NCBI GenBank assembly: GCA_017471445.1
Contig: JAFUTJ010000007.1
Coordinates: 3,498-67,497 of the forward strand
Origin: Alphaproteobacteria bacterium
GTDB taxonomy: Bacteria; Pseudomonadota; Alphaproteobacteria; Rs-D84
Length of the DNA stretch: 64,000 nucleotides
Direction: 5' to 3'
Within the stretch, counting starts at the first letter, position 1. Each line of letters begins with the position of its first letter. A program made the position numbers and the translations under genes. The notes beneath the pieces were generated by a model, which saw only the letters and a program-made list of their open reading frames with translations, did not search any database and was not told the DNA's origin. Shown piece by piece: positions 59,514-64,000 of this stretch.

Positions 59514-59813
59514 TTAGCCCTTGATTTCCGTGATTTTCAGAACGGTAATGTACTGGCGATGCCCCGCCGTACGACGATAGTTCTGACGACGTTTTTTCTT
59601 GAATACCAAGATTTTATCGCCGCGTTTTTGTTCAACAACCTGGGCCGTGACACGTGCACCATCAACAAACGGTGTGCCAACACGTTCACCAACCATCAGT
59701 ACCTGGTCAAATTCGACTGTATCTGTGGCATCCAGTTTTTCAACCTTGATAATATCGCCGGTCTTTACGCGATATTGTTTGCCCCCAGTCTGAAAGATTG
59801 CATATTCGCTCAT
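59514..59813 (-). CDS. rplU: 50S ribosomal protein L21
   Basis: [27 protein letters not shown]...GHRQ. Confidence 0.95.
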   Translation of the reverse strand: MSEYAIFQTGGKQYRVKTGDIIKVEKLDATDTVEFDQVLMVGERVGTPFVDGARVTAQVVEQKRGDKILVFKKKRRQNYRRTAGHRQYITVLKITEIKG

Positions 59814-60023
59814 TATTCTTTCTCTTTTCTTGCGTTTTTATGTTCGTTGTCATTCGTCATAATTTTCGTTTTGACGAAAAGTTTATGCAAATAATACGTT
59901 TTTGCATACAAAAGTCAAGCATTTTGTCGAAAAAACACAACAAATCGCATTCTTGGAATAAATTCATTATGATTTTTAACGTTTTTGTTTGCGGTCGTGC
60001 GTAAAATGATATATAATGGGCGC

Positions 60024-60584
60024 ATGAAAAAATTAATATGCACATGCCTTGCGATTATGCTAGCGACCAGTAATGCGATGGCCGATTTTAATCCATTCAT
60101 GGGCAAAAATGAAAACCAGGTCGCATTTAACTTTGGTTATGGCGTGGACAGTGGTATTATTGTCCCACCGCCGGCGCGATTTGTTCCGTTCTTTATATTT
60201 CATGGCCAGTATTCCCAACCAACCACCTTTTTTAAGGTTCCGGCCCGTCAATCGTTAAACGTTGCCCAAACGGTTGGCATGGGCAAAAAGTATGGTTGGA
60301 AATGGGACAAATTTTCAATTCCAATCGCATTTTTATCCGAAGACGTATCATTGCTGTACGGGAATCGTTGGTATACCGGGGTTGGGGCCGGTGTCGGACT
60401 GCAGGCGCAACAGAATGAACGCCTGGGGGCAAAGTTGTTATTTCAGTTCAAGTTATCCGCGGGCTATCGCATAACGGAACGTTTTGGAACAGAATTTTTT
60501 GTTCAGCATTTTTCCAATGCCAACACTGCGCACGCAAATCATTCGTATGCATTCTATGGCCTTGGCATGAATTACAGTTTTTAA
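60024..60584 (+). CDS. outer-membrane acyloxyacyl hydrolase / lipid A 3-O-deacylase (PagL)-like protein
   Basis: Signal peptide MKKLICTCLAIMLATSNAMA. A small beta-barrel with HFSNA (His/Ser pair) near the C-terminus, ending GLGMNYSF. Confidence 0.6.
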   Translation: MKKLICTCLAIMLATSNAMADFNPFMGKNENQVAFNFGYGVDSGIIVPPPARFVPFFIFHGQYSQPTTFFKVPARQSLNVAQTVGMGKKYGWKWDKFSIPIAFLSEDVSLLYGNRWYTGVGAGVGLQAQQNERLGAKLLFQFKLSAGYRITERFGTEFFVQHFSNANTAHANHSYAFYGLGMNYSF

Positions 60585-60728
60585 TAATTAATCGCCATTC
60601 CAAACAATACATCGTGCGGTACCATACGTCCCATGTACAGAATATCGTCAATCTGTTGTATTCATACGTGCTGGCACATGCGTTGATATCACGGTAATAA
60701 TAATGTATATGTTACATCACGAAATTTA

Positions 60729-60803
60729 TGGCAGTCCCAACGGGAATCGAACCCGTGTTACCGGAATGAGAATCCGATGTCCTGACCGCTAGACGATGGG
60801 ACC
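60729..60803 (-). tRNA. trnE: tRNA-Glu (anticodon CUC)
   Basis: Manual cloverleaf: GGUCCCA acceptor, D-arm GUCU/GGAC, anticodon loop UUCUCAU, T-loop UUCGAUU, encoded CCA. 75 nt. Confidence 0.85.
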
Positions 60804-60867
60804 AATACATGGTGGGCAGTTTAATCTGTAACAACCATAAAATCAAGCGGTTTAATACGATTCTGAA

Positions 60868-61905
60868 TCAAAAATCCATTGCCTTTAATTGTTTTAATAC
60901 CAATGATTGCACAGTATATGAACTTAATTCTGTGGCAGATTTTTTGTATTCGTCAATATTTTCTTCCGACGTGATATATGTTTTTTCGTCTGCCACCATA
61001 ACCTGTGGGCCAACTGCGCCCATGCGTGGCCCCAGCCTATCCAGTGCGTGGTGCATTTCATGTGCAAACACACTTATCATATGATAAAATAAAACATCAC
61101 CTGCTTTCACAGCACTTTTTACCATCGCAATATTTACAACAACTTTCACGGCAGGTTTTGCATTCGGATATTTTGATGGTGCCCGTTGAAACTTCTTAAA
61201 TTCTGCATCTTGTTCTGCACGTGACATATTGCTTGGCAAAACCATTGTAAATGCCTGCATACAAATACCATATGTTTTATCCAGACCGCGCGGACGTGAA
61301 ACAGCCGTATTCCAATCTGTTACAACACTAACAAAAACAGTATGTGGGTCTATATTGTATTCATTGCAAAAATCTGATGTCAATTCAGAAAACAATGCCG
61401 AATATGCCGCAATTTCATCTTGCGTCGTGGCATTTTTTGCAGCCATGACAAGTTCTGGATATTTATTCAAACGACGAATCCAATCATGTGCAAACTGATA
61501 TGACACGTAATATCGATTTACCGTCAACTTGTCAAAATCATCACGAATGTCGGCCGCATTTTCGTCACGTTTCATTTTGCGCGCCAAATCATTATTAAAT
61601 GTATCAAATTCGCCTTTTATAAAATCTAAGTCATCACGATACGCAAACTGAAACACCGATAAATTGCGTGGTCGATACCTGTCCATGCGTATGGCGCGTT
61701 TAATTCGCGCAATGAATTCATCAACTGAAAACTTGTTTTTTTGTAACAGGTTTACAACCATTGGATTCATTTGACCCAATATTTTATCACGTGTGGCGGC
61801 GGATTTTGCCACACGGTATTTCTGTAACAAAACAATATTTTTCTTGGCAATTTCTGTTTCTATGTTACGTTGCGCATTATAAAATTTAGTATCGTTTATA
61901 TCCAT
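60868..61905 (-). CDS. hypothetical protein with HExxH zinc-metalloprotease-like motif
   Basis: 345 aa, no signal peptide, with FAHEMHHALD near the C-terminus. AT-rich and flanked by two tRNA genes. Confidence 0.7.
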   Translation of the reverse strand: MDINDTKFYNAQRNIETEIAKKNIVLLQKYRVAKSAATRDKILGQMNPMVVNLLQKNKFSVDEFIARIKRAIRMDRYRPRNLSVFQFAYRDDLDFIKGEFDTFNNDLARKMKRDENAADIRDDFDKLTVNRYYVSYQFAHDWIRRLNKYPELVMAAKNATTQDEIAAYSALFSELTSDFCNEYNIDPHTVFVSVVTDWNTAVSRPRGLDKTYGICMQAFTMVLPSNMSRAEQDAEFKKFQRAPSKYPNAKPAVKVVVNIAMVKSAVKAGDVLFYHMISVFAHEMHHALDRLGPRMGAVGPQVMVADEKTYITSEENIDEYKKSATELSSYTVQSLVLKQLKAMDF

Positions 61906-62082
61906 TGCTTTCCCAAATTCAATGAAAATGCTAACATATTTTGCAAAAAAAATAAATTGTTATTGCATAATTAATAAAATAAATTATAATCACGGTCAAT
62001 GATTTGGGCGTATCGTTCCTGGGGATACAGAAACGATACAGGCATGGTTATGTTCGTATAGGCATGCTTGATTCCATTTCAA

Positions 62083-62156
62083 TGGGGTGTCGTCTAATGG
62101 TAGGACAAGAGATTTTGGTTCTCTTTATCATGGTTCGAATCCGTGCGCCCCAACCA
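62083..62156 (+). tRNA. trnQ: tRNA-Gln (anticodon UUG)
   Basis: Manual cloverleaf: UGGGGUG/CGCCCCA acceptor, anticodon stem AGAGA/UCUCU with loop UUUUGGU, T-arm CAUGG-UUCGAAU-CCGUG, encoded CCA. 74 nt. Confidence 0.9.
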
Positions 62157-62172
62157 AGTTAAAAGCACCAGG

Positions 62173-62260
62173 ATAATCTTCAAGCATATATTTCATATTA
62201 TTCACTCCATTTTTTTAGTAATATAATCTTTAATGACTTCTTTCATGTGTATTACTCCAT
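62173..62260. repeat. diverged tandem repeat (two 38-nt units, 50-nt period) abutting tRNA-Gln
   Basis: ataatcttcaagcatatatttcatattattcactccat versus ataatctttaatgacttctttcatgtgtattactccat. 27 of 38 positions are identical by manual count. Confidence 0.7.
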
Positions 62261-62779
62261 CTTAAGTTGATTATATATCTTTCTGGTTTGGACGCATATC
62301 AGTATTTTTAGTTTTTTCTTGGTTTTCTGCGGCTTTGACCATTTTTACAAACAATCGCACCAACCGATTTTCCAATTCCAAAATCTGCCATTTGTTCATT
62401 GTCAAATTTTTGATGCAACCATTCCGATATGTTCATATGTTTTTCTGTTGTTACTGCCGCACCATCGCGTCAGTTGCAAATGCAGAAGTGTGCCCAAAGT
62501 TAATAGAAATGCACAAAATGCAATTTTTACGACTTAAAACGATTAACAGAGTGTTTTTAGGAATTTTATTTTTATTAAAAATTTTAAAGCAGGATAAATT
62601 TTTGCAATTTTGATAATAAAATCCCCATAAAATGTGTTCCAGGGTATCCTGTGTCAAATTTTAATGGTTTCCGTATGGTTCTAAGGGAAGTCTGAAACGA
62701 AGAAATAATAATTTCCCCAATGAACCAACGCAGAATATAATTTTATTTTGATTGTTCAGAATTTTTTCTTAAATCGGTA

Positions 62780-62808
62780 TTTACAATTTATGTTTGATAT
62801 TTTATAAT
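62780..62808 (+). promoter_or_regulatory. candidate promoter of RNA copy Y
   Basis: TTTACA-N17-TATAAT. Confidence 0.55.
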
Positions 62809-62814
62809 CACTTT

Positions 62815-63036
62815 GAATCCAAGAGATTGGGTTCGGGGCTATCTCAAGCCCAGAACATTCGGTGCGAAAGCATCGTAATCTGATGTTATCGGTGTCTTTT
62901 GCGCCGTTATCATCCCTGACTTATGGTCGGGGAGCTGTTGGTTATAAAATACGAACTAACCGAAAGACCAATGGAATCGTTAATGTTCTGATTTGAGAAC
63001 TCCCCGACCACCAATTTTTTGGTGGTCTAATTTTGT
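62815..63036 (+). ncRNA. candidate structured RNA, copy Y (leader of 63052.. operon or sRNA), homologous to 30316-30542
   Basis: Hairpins GAAUCCAA-GAGA-UUGGGUUC, GGGCU-AUCUCA-AGCCC, CGGUG-CGAAAG-CAUCG and GAUGUUAUCGGUG-UCUUUUG-CGCCGUUAUCAUC. A long-range helix joins 62925-62934 with 63000-63009. A terminator at 63006-63027 is followed by a U-rich tail. Confidence 0.55.
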
Positions 63037-63051
63037 ATCACGAGGATGGTA

Positions 63052-63888
63052 ATGACAGAAGAAAAAGATTACACAAGAATAATTGAGGTGAGGACAGGGA
63101 CTGCACCTGCTGAAAATCCGAACACTGAAAAGAAACAACCAGAAATTCAATATCAGGAAATGTCATTGTTGCAACGTGCAATACATTTTCGTGATTTTGA
63201 AATAGAAATGTCATGGAAACGAGCGCAATATTTCACAATATTCTTATCGGCCATTTTTATTGCCTATTACCATATTAAGACTGGATTACCCAGCGGAATA
63301 GATAATTTTTTTGATTTTTGTGAAACAAAAAACAGTTTTATATATAAATATTTACCGATGTTACTAATGGGACTTGGCACACTGTTATCGTACATATGGT
63401 ATTTAGTAAATCGTGGTTCAAAACAAACATACGAAAATTGGGAACATCATATTGATTGCATAGAAGCAACATATCATAAAGGTGTGCTGTATAGCAATTT
63501 ATGCCATAAAGAAAAGCCCAAGTTTTATAGACTATTAAAGTCATACCCAATATCAGCATCCAAAGCAAGTAATTTAGTTAGTTTAATAATCACAATTAGT
63601 TTTGGTGTCTGTTTTATATTTGAGATTATTGAATTATTAAAAACAAGTTGGATGCGATGTGTTGGTTGCACTCTTACTTTTGGTTCAGTGGTAATGATTA
63701 TATGTGTGTTCAGATTTTGCAACGATTGGATAAAATCAAGTAGTTATGGCAAAAAAACTGATGAAGAGTCACACCAAAAGACAATATTTTATTTTCATAA
63801 CCGTTTGACAGATGATGACTATAAGTATGTTTATGAAAACTCAAATTCTAAATTACCGAATACAAAAAAACAAAAGGCACAAAAATGA
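63052..63888 (+). CDS. integral membrane protein, unknown function
   Basis: GAGGA SD 5 nt before the ATG at 63052 (the track start is 63046). Hydrophobic segments include YFTIFLSAIFIAYY, YLPMLLMGLGTLLSYIWYL, LVSLIITISFGVCFIFEII and CTLTFGSVVMIICVF. The tail is Lys-rich. Confidence 0.7.
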   Translation: MTEEKDYTRIIEVRTGTAPAENPNTEKKQPEIQYQEMSLLQRAIHFRDFEIEMSWKRAQYFTIFLSAIFIAYYHIKTGLPSGIDNFFDFCETKNSFIYKYLPMLLMGLGTLLSYIWYLVNRGSKQTYENWEHHIDCIEATYHKGVLYSNLCHKEKPKFYRLLKSYPISASKASNLVSLIITISFGVCFIFEIIELLKTSWMRCVGCTLTFGSVVMIICVFRFCNDWIKSSSYGKKTDEESHQKTIFYFHNRLTDDDYKYVYENSNSKLPNTKKQKAQK

Positions 63889-64000
63889 AAAAATATATAC
63901 TATCTATATTGCTGATTTGTAATATGACATTTGCATATTCTGCCACAAGCACCACGAACGATATTTATGTCCTGGCCCAGGCAAACAGCACATCAGAATT
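63885..64000 (+). CDS. secreted protein (N-terminal fragment, continues beyond window)
   Basis: Its ATG overlaps the upstream TGA (ATGA). MKKYILSILLICNMTFAYSA is a signal peptide. Confidence 0.5.
   Translation, partial: MKKYILSILLICNMTFAYSATSTTNDIYVLAQANSTSE

Noticed and set aside
1-64000. Scan for CRISPR arrays, rRNA genes, transposases, integrases, reverse transcriptases and known defence-system genes
   Set aside because: I saw no regularly spaced direct repeats and no rRNA-like sequence. No ORF carried transposase, integrase, RT, nuclease-helicase or other defence hallmarks. The window appears free of these features as far as reading by eye can tell.

Overview
This 64-kb window reads like a chromosomal segment from a small, fairly AT-rich, alphaproteobacterium-like genome. 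That placement is inferred from gene content and order: tRNA-Trp-secE-nusG-rplKAJL-rpoBC, rpmF-plsX next to a MerR-type gene, rpoA-rplQ, and VirB8/9/10. The standard genetic code is used. All identifications were made by eye from motifs and the ORF track. No BLAST, HMM or Rfam search was run, and GC content was not computed.

I support about 58 CDS, including three that are missing from the ORF track: rpmH, rpmF, and a truncated PLD-family lipoprotein at the left edge. I also support 3 tRNAs (Trp-CCA, Glu-CUC, Gln-UUG), many intrinsic terminators, and several sigma70-like promoters. I saw no rRNA, CRISPR array, transposase or integrase.

Housekeeping genes are interleaved with lineage-specific secreted or surface genes. 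The dcw cluster is broken up: mraZ stands alone, and ftsQ-ftsA has no ftsZ.

Main findings:
1. A structured RNA of about 225 nt is present in two homologous copies (30316-30542 minus strand, 62815-63036 plus strand). Each copy starts just after its own -10 box and ends in an intrinsic terminator. The copies differ by compensatory base changes, and three mutually exclusive helices give an attenuator or riboswitch-like logic. A third, unrelated leader with the same logic lies upstream of a paralogous gene (11463-11657).
2. Two paralog families of cysteine-rich secreted proteins are present. One pair is mosaic, with a nearly identical 3' cassette.
3. ftsA and rpe form one continuous fusion ORF.
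4. A virB8-virB9-virB10 trio is present. VirB9 carries a C-terminal SPOR-like domain, and VirB10 carries a Cys-rich C-terminal extension of about 195 aa.
5. A promoter is bracketed by 30-32-bp hairpin-forming inverted repeats in front of an AT-rich orphan gene, with a G10 tract nearby.
6. An AT-rich islet between tRNA-Glu and tRNA-Gln encodes an HExxH protein.
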